Under the pieces are notes generated by a model. The model was not told where the DNA came from, did not search any database, and saw only the letters and a list, made by a program, of their open reading frames with translations. Below are positions 51,015 to 64,000 of a stretch of 64,000 nucleotides of DNA, one piece after another. The DNA comes from Mobula hypostoma (taxonomy: Eukaryota), in NCBI RefSeq assembly GCF_963921235.1, contig NC_086101.1, forward strand, positions 15,810,001 through 15,874,000. Direction: 5' to 3'. Within the stretch, counting starts at the first letter, position 1; each line of letters opens with the position of its first letter. The position numbers and the translations under genes were made by a program.

Positions 51015-52693
51015 AACATAGAAACATAGAAAATAGGTGCAGGAGTAGGCCATTCGGCCCTTCGAGCCTGCACCGCCATTTATTATGATCATGGCTGATT
51101 ATCCAACTCAGAACCCCGCCCCAGCCTTCCCTCCATACCCCCTGACCCCCGTAGCCACAAGGGCCATATCTAACTCCCTCTTAAATATAGCCAATGAACT
51201 GGCCTCAACTGTTTCCTGTGGCAGAGAATTCCACAGATTCACCACTCTCTGTGTGAAGAAGTTTTTCCTAATCTCGGTCCTAAAAGGCTTCCCCTCTATC
51301 CTCAAACTGTGACCCCTCGTTCTGGACTTCCGCAACATCGGGAACAATCTTCCTGCATCTAGCCTGTCCAATCCCTTTAGGATCTTATACGTTTCAATCA
51401 GATCCCCCCTCAATCTTCTAAATTCCAACGAGTACAAGCCCAGTTCATCCAGTCTTTCTTCATATGAAAGTCCTGCCATCCCAGGAATCAATCTGGTGAA
51501 CCTTCTTTGTACTCCCTCTATGGCAAAGATGTCTTTCCTCAGATTAGGGGACCAAAACTGCACACAATACTCCAGGTGTGGTCTCACTAAGGCCTTGTAC
51601 AACTGCAGTAGTACCTCCCTGCTCCTGTACTCGAATCCTCTCGCTATAATTGCCAGCATACCATTCACCTTTTTCACCGCCTGCTGTACCTGCATGCCCA
51701 CTTTCAATGACTGGTGTATAATGACACCCAGGTCTCGTTGCACCTCCCCTTTTCCTAATCAGCCACCATTCAGATAATAATCTGTTTTCCTATTTTTGCC
51801 ACCAAAGTGGATAACTTCACATTTATCCACATTAAATTGCATCTGCCATGAATTTGCCCACTCACCCAACCTATCCAAGTCACCCTGCATCCTCTTAGCA
51901 TCCTCCTCACTGCTAACGCTGCCACCCAGCTTCGTGTCATCCACAAACTTGGAGATGCTGCATTTAATTTCCTCATCCAAGTCATTAATATATATTGTAA
52001 ACAACTGGGGTCCCAGCACTGAGCCTTGTGGTACCCCACTAGTCACCGCCTGCCATTCTGAAAAGGTCCCGTTTATTCCCACTCTTTGCTTCCTGTCTGC
52101 TAACCAATTCTCCACCCACACCAATACCTTACCCCCAATACCGTGTGCTTTAAGTTTGCACACTAATCTCCTGTGTGGGACCTTGTCAAAAGCCTTTTGA
52201 AAATCCAAATATACCACATCCACTGGTTCTCCCCTATCCACTCTACTAGTTACATCCTCAAAAAATTCTATGAGATTCGTCAGACATGATTTTCCTTTCA
52301 CAAATCCATGCTGACTTTGTCCGATCATTTCACCGCTTTCCAAATGTGCTGTTATCACATCCTTGATAACTGACTCCAGCACCGACGTTAGGCTAACCGG
52401 TCTATAATTCCCCGGTTTCTCTCTCCCTCCTTTTTTAGAAAGTGGGGTTACATTCGCCACCCTCCAATCCTCAGGAACTAGTCCAGAATCTAACGAGTTT
52501 TGAAAAATTATCACTAATGCATCCACTATTTCTTGGGCTACTTCCTTAAGCACTCTAGGATGCAGACCATCTGGCCCTGGGGATTTATCTGCCTTCAATC
52601 CCTTCAATTTACCTAACACCACTTCCCTACTAACATGTATTTCACTCAGTTCCTCCATCTCACTGGACCCTCTGTCCCTTACTATTTCTGGTC
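51015..52693 (-). mobile_element. Young CR1, near-identical inverted partner of 48807-50209
   Basis: ORFs 51759-53012 and 51108-51743. Empty site gaggtgtcgtataccagag at about 24805-24823. Confidence 0.92.
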
Positions 52694-53066
52694 TTATACC
52701 AGAGAGAATGGGTTTTAGGAGAGGAGTAAGAGAGGATTTCAGTGGGATTTTTTTTGCCTCAGAGGATGCTTGGAATCTGGGATATAATGTCTGAGGGGTG
52801 ATGGAGGCCAAAACTCTCGCTGCATTGAAGAAGCATTTGGATGAGCGCGAACTATAAAGGGGAAAATGGCTGCAGACCACGTGCTGGTAAATGGGCTGAG
52901 TATAGAATGCGACTTGATGGTTAGTATAGATATAAATGGACAAAGGAGCTCTGTGCTGTGTGATTCTTTGGGTCACAGTCATGCACACACTACTACACAC
53001 AAATATACACACTCATACAGAAACACACAGACATACACACAAACACACATGCATACACGCACAAAC

Positions 53067-56000
53067 TGTTGCAAGGAGCGACTGAAGCGAACCCATGTGC
53101 AGGACACAGTCACGGAGATAGGGTTGAGAGGTGCTTGCACCGTCGCGAACGTGGAACAGATAACCAGGAGGAATCATGACACATAGCTCTGGTCTAGAGT
53201 CTTGACACGGAGACGTGATTTTCATGGAATATCTTGAAACTGGAGCTGAACTTAGAACTGACGGTTCTAAGCGGTCGGGAAACGAAGTTATCACATGGAA
53301 TTGACCAACGAACTGGTGACCCGTGGTCGTGACGCCAGAGTTCTTATTCTGCAGTCTCTGATGGAAACCAGATGTGCTGTAACTAAGTGAACTAGCAGCA
53401 ATTGGGAATCTAACGACTGGAATTAAGGCATAATCAAGGAGATTGGAGCGAGATGTGAAACAGCCAGACGGGACCAATGAAATAACGCTCCCCCTCAACG
53501 GAAGCCTCCAGGCGAACCCCCAGGCTTGTCTGGATGGTCCCGATGGAAGTCACGGATGAGGGAAGGGTCCAGGATGAAGGAGCGGGAAATACAGGAACGT
53601 TGCTCCGGGCCGTATCCTTCCCAGTCGACCAGGTACTGGAGGTCCCTGCCCCGACGGCGCACATCCAGTAACCACCGGACGGTGTACGTTGGGCGGTCAT
53701 CGATTATCCGGGCCGTTGGAGGGGGTTCAGTCGGAGGGCACAAGGGGCTGACGGAAACCGGTTTTAATTGGGAAACGTGAAATGTAGGAAGGATGTGCAT
53801 AAATTCAGGCAGTTTGAGTCGAACCGTCATGGGGTTGATAATACTCTCAATCTCGAAATGTCCCAGGAAGCGAGGGACGAGCTTCTTGGGCTCGTTCTCG
53901 AGAGTAATAACTTTAGACGATAGCCACACCTTCTACCCAGGTCGATACTCATGTGCAGGAGTCCGATGGCGATCGGCACTCCTCCGGTTGCGGTCGGCTG
54001 AGCGGAGCAGGGCCGTGTGTCTGTCTTCCCAGACCTTGCGGCACCGGCGGATATTGGCCTGAAGAGAAGGCACCGCAATATCCTCTTCCTGAGAGGGAAA
54101 CAGCTGGGGTTGGTAACCAAGAGAGCATTCAAAAGGAGATCTTCCGGTGGCGGTGCTGACCAGATGGTAGGCACTTCGTACATCCAACTTCGAGAAGATG
54201 GTGGCTCCGTGAAGCGGTTCAAACGCCAAATATATGAGGGGCAGTGGGTACTTTTTTAACGGTTATGTTGTTAAGGCCTCGGTAATCGATGCAGGGACGT
54301 AGTGATCCATCCTTCTTCCCCACAAAGAAGAACCTTGCTCCCAGCGGGGAGGATGAAGGCCGAATAACGCCCGCCGCGTTAGAATTACTGATGTACTTCT
54401 CCACGTCTTCTCTCTGAGACCGGTCAAGTTATACAACCGACTGCTGGGTAACGAGGTCCCGGGAAGAAGGTCGATAGCACAGTCGTGTGGACGGTGTGGA
54501 GGCAGGGAAAGAGCCTGCTGTTTACTTAGCACCGGCTGGTGGCGCAATGGCATCAGCGCCGGTCTCCGGATCGAAGGCTCCCGATTTCGAATCCAACTCT
54601 TAACACTTTCCATCCGTGCCGGGTTGAGCGTCGAGCTAGCCACTCGGCCTCGTAAAGGAAAGAGTCGGGTCAGGAACGTTCATATCGTGACCCGGTTAAT
54701 CCGAAAGGAGACCAATCATGACACCATACAGCAGACAAGAATGTATGACTGTCTGGTGCGACACGCTAAAAAAAATCTAAATACCTGTTCCAGGTCCTGG
54801 TACTCTGCTGGAACCCTGGACAAGTCGGGGGCGGCGTTGGGGGGTGGCGGGAGAGAAGTGGGGAAGTGTTCCACGACAGGCAAGGGCGCGGCGACATCCC
54901 CTGGGGATAGGGCCGACTGAAGACATGTGGAGTGACAAAATGGGCTCCAGCTGGCTATCCTCCCAGTAGACCAGCCTACTGTGTGGGGTTTATGGTGGCT
55001 TAACCAGGGGTATCCCAGAACTACAGGGGCTTGAGGAGAAAGGATTAGTTTAAATTGTACCTGGTCCCGATGGTTTCCAGACAGAATCAACGTCAGGGGT
55101 GGCGTACAATAGGTGACCCGGGCCAGAAGTCTTCCGTCCAGAGCCCGGGCTTCCAGAGGTTCCAGAGGACATAGCGGTTCCCGAGGAATTCCGGCCCGGG
55201 AGGCTATGTCCTCATCCAACAGATTTCCCTAGGCACCGGAGTCCACCAAGGCGGATAGAGACAGAGACTGTTGTTGATAGTTCACAGTAGCTCGGATCTG
55301 CATCCGTGTTCGGGGGCTGAAGGGAGTGTCGTCTATCTCACTAAGGTAGAGGGAACGGTCGGAGCGGGAGCAATGCTAGTGTAAGACTCGTTACAGCTAG
55401 TGGCATGATCTCAGGCATGCGGCCAAACTTTAGCATTCTTGTTTGGGTGGATGCTGCGTGATCAGTACCCCGAAATAACATTCAGTCCACAATGTGCGGT
55501 TAAAGGATTAAGATATTACATTTAAGTATGGGGTTAGTAGAGAAACAAAAGAAAAGGAAAACAAATAAAAGGCGCCAATAATCTCATCAACATGTCCAGT
55601 GCACAAAAGTTGGAGCTCACTGATTCCCTTTCGCTGATCCTCCTTCGCTCGTCGTCACAACTGGGCTCCCTCCCCGAGCCCAGTCCCAGCGGGTCCGGCA
55701 ACCGTCTCCTCAAGCTATCTCTTCTCTCTTCATCCTCTTTGCGCCTTCTCCCCCAAGCCGGCGCAAACTAACAGCTTTCACTCAGATAGAAAGAATAACA
55801 TCTATCCAATTGGTTAGCAAATGAATAGAAGTCCCGTTATCACTAATTATAACCCAAACATGCTGCTACAAAGAATATTACCTCCTCAGTTCACATTACA
55901 GCGAAGCCATTTCATTATACACTAGAGAGAAGCCATCTCATTATTAGCCTTAGCAAGTAACATGAAAGAAGAAACCCTTACACGAGGAACGGAAGAGAGA

Positions 56001-56740
56001 GAGGGTTTAGGGCTGGTCGAAGATGGTAAAACGGGCCGTGGGGTGGCCAGAGGAGTGGGGCGACCGCTCTTCTCTCTCTGACGTTCTCGGAGTCGGTTAT
56101 CTAGCCTGGTGGCTGGAGAGACCAAGGAATCCAAGTTGTTTGTGTCATCCCTCGCCGCCAATTCGTCTTTTATCCTGTCACAGAGGCTTTGTCGAAACAC
56201 TTCCTGGAGTGCCTCGTCATTCCACCCCGAGTCGGCCGCTGGTATCCAGAACTCTATGGAGTATTCGGCTTTGTGAACACTGACGGAGAGGCAGTAGGCG
56301 CTTAGCGACGTTCTTACCGCGAATGGGATGTCCAAAAATCTTCTTCATTTCAGAGATGAAGTTGGGAAAAGAAGAGCAGGTCTCTGGCTGGTTATCCCAA
56401 ATCGCGGCGGCCCATGCCAAGGCATTCCTTCGCAAAAACCCCATGATGTACGCTATCTTTGATCTGTCCCGTGTCGTACGTACAAGACTGCTGCTCAAAA
56501 ACCAAGGAGCATTGCAATCAGAAAGCCCAGCACATCCCTGGGTCCCCAGCACAGGGTTCCGGTTCGGGAACGTTCGGATCTCTTGGTGATCGTGTTGTCG
56601 GCCCATCGGACTTTGCCATCCTAGGCTGTGCGGGTTGGTCAGACCGGGTTCTCGAAAGTGACAGAGTAAGAGGAGCGGATACTCGGTCAACCTGCGCACT
56701 GACCTTCTTTACATACTCGGACAGGGCACGGAGATTCTCT
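53067..56740 (-). mobile_element. Chromoviral Gypsy (gag-pro-RT remnant-integrase C-terminus-3' LTR 53067-53482); no 5' LTR
   Basis: Gag WAAAIWD...IKDELAARD; protease LSALVDSGA; same RT/IN deletion junction as 25181-27005. Confidence 0.88.
55380..55982. mobile_element. Solo LTR nested in the Gypsy gag-pro region
   Basis: 603-bp AT-richer block with TGTAAG...CTTACA inverted termini that interrupts the Gypsy coding sequence. Flanks ctag/cgag match only imperfectly. Confidence 0.55.
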
Positions 56741-56741
56741 A

Positions 56742-57649
56742 TATTCACTCAATTTCGTTTCTAAAAGGGTTTATCTAACGAATTTAATATTAAACACACA
56801 GCGCATATTTTCCTCGCATGAATATAGCGATAAGTCAATTATCAGGGGAGGACAGGGGAGCTTGAAGTAAGTATTGAACGAACTTCCAGCAGAAGTGGTA
56901 GAGGCAGGTTCGATATTATCATATTACGAAAAATTGGATAAGTATATGGACAAGAAAGGAATGGAGGGTTATGGGCTGAGTGCAGGTCGGTGGGACTAAG
57001 TGAGAGTAGCGTTCAGCACGAACAAGAAGGGCAGAGCTCACCTGTTTCCGTGCTGTAATTGTTATATGGTTATTTGGTTATATAAGTCAAAGGCATCATA
57101 ACATCTTAAGTAACGTTTGGATATTAAACACACAGCACATATTTTCCCCGTATGAACATATAAAATCATTGCAACACACCAATATCGCTGAATCAGTGGG
57201 AGATCTGGGCTTGTTTTCCTGCAACAAGACGGTCCCATCGAGGGGTGATGGGAGACAGCGATACTCAAAGGGGGTTCCTTATGCCCAGTTTATTCCGCAA
57301 TTTAATTTTTGTTGCATTCATTGCAGAGATATGTTGGAAATGGATGCAACGTTTTCAGTGCTTTCGTGGCTATCTCAGGATATTGAGCCTTGACTTTGAT
57401 CCAGAATGCCGGCAGAAATGTTATGTCAAACATACTTTTCAGCCCACCGTCATTTGCAAGCTCGAGGAGTTGATCTCCTTCCCACGCTGGCATGAATGAC
57501 GCGAGGGTAATGACCTTGCGTGCGTTCAAGCTCAACAGTGGGTGTGACAGGGAATGAGGAAAGGTGCAGCTGACTCATCTCGCCAGATCATATCGTTTCC
57601 TCGAGGCCCGGTAGCGCATGCTTTGCGGCCCGGTGGTTGGGGACTGCTG
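56742..57649 (-). mobile_element. Second copy of the composite hAT element
   Basis: Colinear with 31345-32249; terminus ggttggggactgctg flanked by gtctatat. Confidence 0.75.
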
Positions 57650-59450
57650 GTCTATATGAACTTTAGCAAGACCTTTGACGAGGTCCCCTGTGGCAGGCAT
57701 GGGATCCCGGGTGAGAGAGCTAAGTGGACACATCATTGATAGGAAGCAAAAGCTAATGGTGGAAGGTTTTCGGTCTGGAGGTCTGTGACTAGTGATGTAC
57801 CACAGGGACTGGTGCGCCCATTATTGTTCATAATTACATCAACAACTCGGTGGAGAATAGTTAGTTTGCAGTTGACGCCAAAATAGCTGGTACCATAAGC
57901 AGGGAAGAAGGTTATGAAGAACTACAAGGGGTCTTGATCAGCTGACTAAGTAGGAAAATTATATTGGTGAATAGCGTTGAATTCAATTTTGTGTGCTATT
58001 TTGCATTTTAACCAAGGTCGAACTTTCACAGTTAGTGGCTGGTCACTGGGGAGTGCTGTAGAACAGAGGGACTGAGGAATACAAATATATCGTGCCCTAA
58101 AAGTAACGTCACCGGTAGACAAGGAGGTGAAAAAGGTATTTGGCACTCAGAATAAGAGTTGGAATGTCATCTTGCAGTTATGCAAGACATTGATGAGGCC
58201 GCTCCTCTTTTTGTCACCCTGCTCTAGGATAATCTATCAGGTGGCGTGAAGAAGGTATATCTGCCAGACACCCTGGGCAAGGTGTAGCATCTGCGTAGCA
58301 CCCCCCCCCCCCAATTCCCACCGTCCCCTGAATCAGGGTTATATGAAGCCGTGGGAGCAGGTGGTAGATGGTCCATTGGGCAGTTGGTACATATCACAAG
58401 TCCTGGCAATGCGCCCACTGACACCTGGCAATGCGCCCACTGACGCCAGGCGAACAATCTTTGAAGAGACAGGGGTCAGCTACTTGATGATGATGGAATA
58501 GGTGGCTTTGTTCCCAAGGTTACAGATGATACGAAGATTGGTGGAGGGGTTAGCAGTGTTGAGGAAATAGGTAGGCTGCAGAAGGACTTAGACAGATTAT
58601 GAGAATGGGCAAGAAAGTGACAAATGAAATACAATGTTGGAAAATGCATGGTCATGCACCTGTATTAGAAATATATGTGCAGACTATTTTCTAAATGGGG
58701 AGAAAATCCAAAACTCCAAGACACAAATGAAGGTGGGAGTCCTTGTGCAGAACACCCTGAAGGTTGACTTGTTGAGGAAAGCAGATGCAATCTTAGCATT
58801 GATTTCAAGAGGGCCAGAATACAAGAGCAAGGATCTGATACTCACGCTTTAGAAGGCACAAGTGAGGCCTCACCTCGGGTATTGTGAACAGTTTGGGGCT
58901 CCTCATCTGAGAAAAGATGCGCTGGCTTTGCAGAGGGTCCAGTGGAGGTTCACAAGGATGATTTCGGGAATGAAAGGGTTACCATACAAGGAACATTTGA
59001 TGGCTCTGGGTCTGTACTCGCTACAATTTAGAAGGATAGGTCGGAATCTCATTGAAACCTTTCCAATGTTGAAAGATCTAGGCGGACTAGATGTTGAAAG
59101 GATTTTTCCCATGGTGCCAGAGGCTCGGACAAGAGGGCACAGCCTCAGGATAGAGGGTCGTCGATTTAAAACAGAGATTTCTGTTAGAAATTTCTTTCGT
59201 CAGAGGGTGGGGAATTTGTGGAATTTGTTTCAACAGGTAGCTGTCGAGGCCAGGTCTTTCGATATATTTAAAGCAGAGCTTAATAGTTTCTGATTGGACA
59301 TGGAATCAAAGGTTACTGGGAGAAAGTCGGGGAATGAGGCTGAGGAAGGGAACAAAGGATCAGCCATGTTTAAAGGCGGAGCAGAGACGATGGTCCAAAT
59401 GGCCTTATTATGCTCCTCTGTCTTATGGTCTTATAGACACTCGGCATCAA
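57650..59450 (+). mobile_element. Degenerate CR1 fragments
   Basis: RPHLGYCEQF...ALGLYSLQFRRIGRNLIETF. Confidence 0.65.
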
Positions 59451-60388
59451 AGAAGGCAATGGCAAACCACTTCTGTAGAAAAATTTACCAAGAACAATCA
59501 TGGTCATGGAAAGACCACGAGAGCTCACGTAATACGAAACGGCACATAATGATGATAACGCCCTAGGAAAGACGTCGTTAAGCAAAAAAAAAAGAAGTGA
59601 ATATTTTCCAGGACTACGGAGGCTGTGTTACAGGGAGAGGTGGGACAGGATAGAACTTTATTCCTTCGAACGTAGCAGACTGAAGAGTGATGTTAAAGAG
59701 ATGTGTAGAATCACGAGTGCATAGATAAGGTGAATGCTAACAGTCTTTTTCCCACGGAAGGGGAATCAAAATCTAGAGGCCATAGATTTAAAGTGAGAGG
59801 GCAATAGGGAGAATATGGAATGAGCTGTCAAAGGAAATGATTGAGGCGAGTACAATAGCAAAATTTAAAAGATGCTTGGATAGGAAAGGGTGAGAGGCAG
59901 ATGGCCCAAACATGGGCAAACATGATTAGTTCAGAGGAACATTTTCGTCGGTATGGACCAGCTGGGCTGAAGGGCCTGATTATTTGTTGTATGACTCGAT
60001 AACACTGTAGTTCACTGTGGCCTGCAGCTTGTGGTCCGGGTAGCTTGAAACGGATCCCAGTAGCCCTGGCTGGTACCTAACCTGAGACTTCCAGGCGAAA
60101 GAATTTCAGAGAGGAGCAAACAAAAGTGCCTCGCTAATTTTCCACCCCTACAGAGCAATCCCGGTGCCCCCTGCTGCACAGATCCACAGAGAGTGTCCTT
60201 CCTGGACCTGGTGACATCCTCTCCCTCATATATACACAAGCATATCTCTCTGCTACATGTACACACATACGTACGGATTATCCACAGAACAATCTCCTCC
60301 TTAACATAAACATAACTCGCATTCATAGACACACGCACATGCACACACATTCACTCTTGACTCTCCCTGTTTACGATCTCAGTCTGTC

Positions 60389-60516
60389 NNNNNNNNNNNN
60401 NNNNNNNNNNNNNNNNNNNNNNNNNNNNNNNNNNNNNNNNNNNNNNNNNNNNNNNNNNNNNNNNNNNNNNNNNNNNNNNNNNNNNNNNNNNNNNNNNNNN
60501 NNNNNNNNNNNNNNNN
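60389..60516. other. Assembly gap (128 N)
   Basis: Run of n, flanked by TC/CA-rich sequence. Confidence 1.
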
Positions 60517-60896
60517 TCACTCTCTCACTCCGAGGATGAATTGCTTCCACGTCAGGTTTTCCGGTATTGTGATGGACATTGAGCCCAAAGTGTGAACCGC
60601 TCATTCTTTCATGGATGGTATAGGATGTGCCTGATGTGAGTAAGTTGGTGCGTGTTTGTGAACAGGGATATATGGATACTGACAGTTAGACACATGGTCC
60701 CCCCCTCTGCCCTCCCCCAAGATAATGACATAAATATTGCGGTATGTTCACATAGACAAAGTTCGCACATATGATACGTGGTGCTATTAATATAGATATA
60801 TTCACGCTGCCAAAAATACCTGCCGTTTTGTTATAATGTCTGCTAAACCACTCGTATAATATAAAGCCTTGCAGGTGCAGCCATATAGAACCGAGT

Positions 60897-60898
<2 letters not shown>

Positions 60899-60945
<47 letters not shown>
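60899..60945 (+). repeat. (CA)n microsatellite
   Basis: About 23 uninterrupted CA units. Confidence 0.98.
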
Positions 60946-60947
<2 letters not shown>

Positions 60948-61044
60948 ACTGAGAAACGCTCTCCCGCGCACACGCACACAAGTAGAAGCATACGGAGACA
61001 TGTCCACATAGACACAGAATATAATGCAGTATCCTATCGAAATA

Positions 61045-62395
61045 TAGTGTTACTTTACTTTATTGTCGCCAAACAATTGATACTAGAGCGTACAATCATG
61101 ACAGCGATATTTGATTCTGCGCTTCGCGCTCCCTGGAGTACAAACCGATAATAAAGAGTAAAAATTTAAATTATAAATCATAAATAGAAAATAGAAAAAT
61201 GGGAAGTAAGGTAGTGCAAAAAAAACCGAGAGGCAGGTCCGGATATTTGGAGGGTACGGCCCAGATTCGGGTCAGGATCCGTTCAGCAGTCTTATCACAG
61301 TTGGAAAGAAGCTGTTCCCAAATCTGGCCGTACAAGTCTTCAAGCTCCTGAGCCTTCTCCCGGAGGGAAGAAGGACGAAAACTGTGTTGGCTGGGTGGGT
61401 TGTGTCCTTGGTTTTCCTGGCAGCACTGCTCCGACAGCGTGCGGTGTAAAGTGAGTCCACGGACGGATGTTTGGTTTGTGTGATGTGCTGGGCTGTGTTC
61501 ACAGTCTTCTGCAGCTTCTTCCGGTCTTGGACAGGACAACTTCCATACCAGGTTGTGATGCACCCTAGAAGAATGATTTCTACGGTGCATCTATAAGAAT
61601 TAGTGAGGGTTTTAGGAGACAGGCCAAATTTCTTTATTTCTCTCAGGAAGTAAAGGCGCTGGTGGGCCTTCTTGGCAGTGAACTCTGCTTGGTTGGACCA
61701 AGTCAGGTCATTTGTGATATCGACCCAAGGAACTAAAAGCTCTTGACCTGTTCCACTTGCGCACCACCAATGTAAATGGGGTCGTGCGGTCCGCTACTCC
61801 TTCTGAAGTCAACAACCAATTCCTTCGTCTTGCTGACATTGAGGGATAGGTTATTGTCTTCGCACCATCCCACTAGGTTCTTAATTTCCTCTCTGTACTC
61901 AAACTCATCATTACCCGAGATACAGCCTACAATTGTTGTGTCATCAGCAAACTTATATATTGAGTTTGATGGAAACTTGGCTACACAATCAAGGGTGTAC
62001 AGTGAGTACAGCAGGGGGCTGAGTACACAGTCTTGTGGGGCACTGGTGCTCAGAGTGATTGTAGAGGAGAGCTTGTCCCCTATTTTTACAGCCTGAGTCC
62101 TGTCTGTGAGGAAGTTGAAGATCCAGCTGCAGATCTGAGTGCTAAGGCCCAGGTTCTGGAGCTTAGGAATCAGTTTATTTGGAATGATAGTATTAAAGGC
62201 AGAGCTGTAGAAAAGGAGCCTTACATATACGTCTTTATTCCCCAGGTGTTCCAAGGAGGAATGCATGGCCAGCGAGATGGCATCTGCCGTTGACCTGTTG
62301 CTCTGGTAGGCGAATTGAGAAGCATCGGGGTTGACCGGCAGGCTGTGGTTGATGTGTGCCATAACGAATCGCTCGAAGCACTTCATAGCAATGTA
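61045..62395 (-). mobile_element. Rex1/Babar LINE, 5'-truncated
   Basis: [12 protein letters not shown]...[12 protein letters not shown]...KFADDTT; tail aataaagtaaagtaac. Confidence 0.88.
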
Positions 62396-63540
62396 ATTTA
62401 ATGCTAATGCAAATAAGAATAATATGTATATATAATAATATCATATATATTATTTGCACTGTTTCTACAGACGGGTTATTGGCACCTTAAAACCTGTTTC
62501 TCCGGGCGGATGGGGCTCGCCAGCCATGGTTGGCAGCTCATCCAGGAAAAAGTAAAACTCTGATCTCAAACCTCCGCTGCCTTGCAGCTATACCCCCTCA
62601 TGGGGAGGGCTTTTGGCATAAACCCAGAGGGAGAAATCCATAGCTGGAGTCCCCAAGGCAACCCTCCATTGAGCTGACACATTTATTTGAACCAAACTGA
62701 GTTCAATGCTGACTGATGCTCTTGCTACGCTGCTGGTATCGGTCTCTACCATTCCTTTGGGTTCAACAGATGCATGGAGAGCGGGACTTGCTCTCCATAT
62801 CGTACTGCCCTGGCTTGCTTATCTAGACAGCTAGGAAGCAATATCCATGGTGAACTCTGTCCGACGGAGGCCACAACTCAACACAACTCAAAGTTCATCC
62901 CAAAGGGGGATGCAGAGGGGCAGCTTTCCTCTCATGCAGATAGACAGTTGGACACTTCAGAACAGAGGAAGTATCTCCACTGAGACGCTGACTGCCCATT
63001 TCCCTCCACAGGTTCTACCTGACCCAGTCAGAGGTCCTTCAGCACCTTTGTGTGGTGTTGGGTTTTCCAGCGCATAGCGCAACACCGCCCCCTGCTGGCC
63101 GGCACCCTTTCACTGCAACTCTGTCCTCTACTGATGGGAGTACAGCGCTGCTGGACCAGAGGGGAGAAAAGAACATCTCACTTTGTCTCTTTTCAAGGTT
63201 TAACAGTCCAACTGCATTATTATTACCAAACTATATATACCACATGCAACACTGACATGGAGACTATTGCAGGCAGTCGGAAAACAAGAAAAGCACAGTA
63301 GAATACACGATTAAAAAAGAACCCACACAGCCAAGACATTCAAACATCCAATGTGTGAAAAAAGAACAAATGGTGCAAACAATTAATAGTAAACAAGTAA
63401 CAGATAGAACATGAACTGCAGGGTCCCCTAAAGTGAGTCCACAGCCACAGAGCCAGTTGGGTGCTGAGAACCTCACGGAGTAGTGAGCTGAACACTGGTT
63501 TGCTCTTTGCCCTCGGCCTCGACACCTTAACCTGTTGCAA

Positions 63541-63863
63541 TGCCACGTGGCGAATGAGGCGAACCCAAGTGCAGGACACAGGCACGGAGATTGAGGATGC
63601 TTACACGGGCGTAAACGCCGAACAGTGAACAGGAGGGATCTTGACACGGAGCCCTGACATGGAGCCTTGACTCAGAAACCTTGAAACTGGAGCTAAACTT
63701 AGAACAAACGGCAAGGTTCTTAAAACTGCAGTTGCTGATGGAAACCCGGTGTGCCGTCATCAAAGAAAATTAAAAGCAGTTGGAAAATTAACCGTCGGAA
63801 CTGTGGCACAATTGAAGGAAATTAGAGGACACTAGGGAATAAACGATCAGGATGGTGCCATAA
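63541..63863. mobile_element. Probable solo LTR related to the Gypsy LTRs at 25181 and 53067
   Basis: Shares gcgaaccc..gcaggacacaggcacggaga and gaaactggagctaaacttagaac with those LTRs. Confidence 0.5.
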
Positions 63864-64000
63864 TGTTTTAAATCAGGTTCGGCGCTTAAATCGGCTAATT
63901 ATAGTTTTTTCGCTCTTAGGCCTGAAGTCTGCTCCAGCCATGGCTGCTGCAGTCATACCTGCATTCCAGAGAGTCCAGTTTGCTGAATCCTTCAGGACAC

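Larger units (their letters stand above)
27005..54922. repeat. Right copy of tandem segmental duplication (rearranged, TE-expanded)
   Basis: Colinear blocks: Rex1 tail block, terminal exon, V, leader, CpG region, Gypsy. It continues into the rest of the Gypsy beyond 54922. Confidence 0.75.

Noticed and set aside
60339-60604. ORFs spanning the N run
   Set aside because: Artefacts of the assembly gap.

Overview
Repeat-dense vertebrate genomic DNA. The CR1, Rex1/Babar, L1/Tx1, Penelope, chromoviral Gypsy and hAT-Charlie content and the NKp30-type Ig exons suggest a cartilaginous fish, probably a ray (inference). The host genes form a minus-strand tandem cluster of NCR3/NKp30-like single V-domain genes, reconstructed here by hand from splice sites and exon phases. 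Gene A is a membrane receptor: V 6535-6864, an uncharged TM exon 5477-5590, and three cytoplasmic micro-exons that include a DDLPPPPLEE motif. Its only candidate leader has a non-canonical donor, and its last exon was not found. An intact V exon (14868-15206) has no leader or tail of its own. Gene B is complete and encodes a predicted secreted 142-aa V-only protein (leader 22489-22531, V 20950-21288, terminal exon 19460-19506). Gene C (41002-45126) is a pseudogenised duplicate of B. A tandem duplication of about 16.7 kb (10335-27005 copied as 27005-54922) has a readable junction. Later events include a 5'-inverted Penelope insertion linked to a deletion, two near-identical inverted CR1 copies, solo LTRs and a composite hAT element. 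One 128-nt assembly gap lies at 60389-60516. TE boundaries are approximate unless junctions are quoted.
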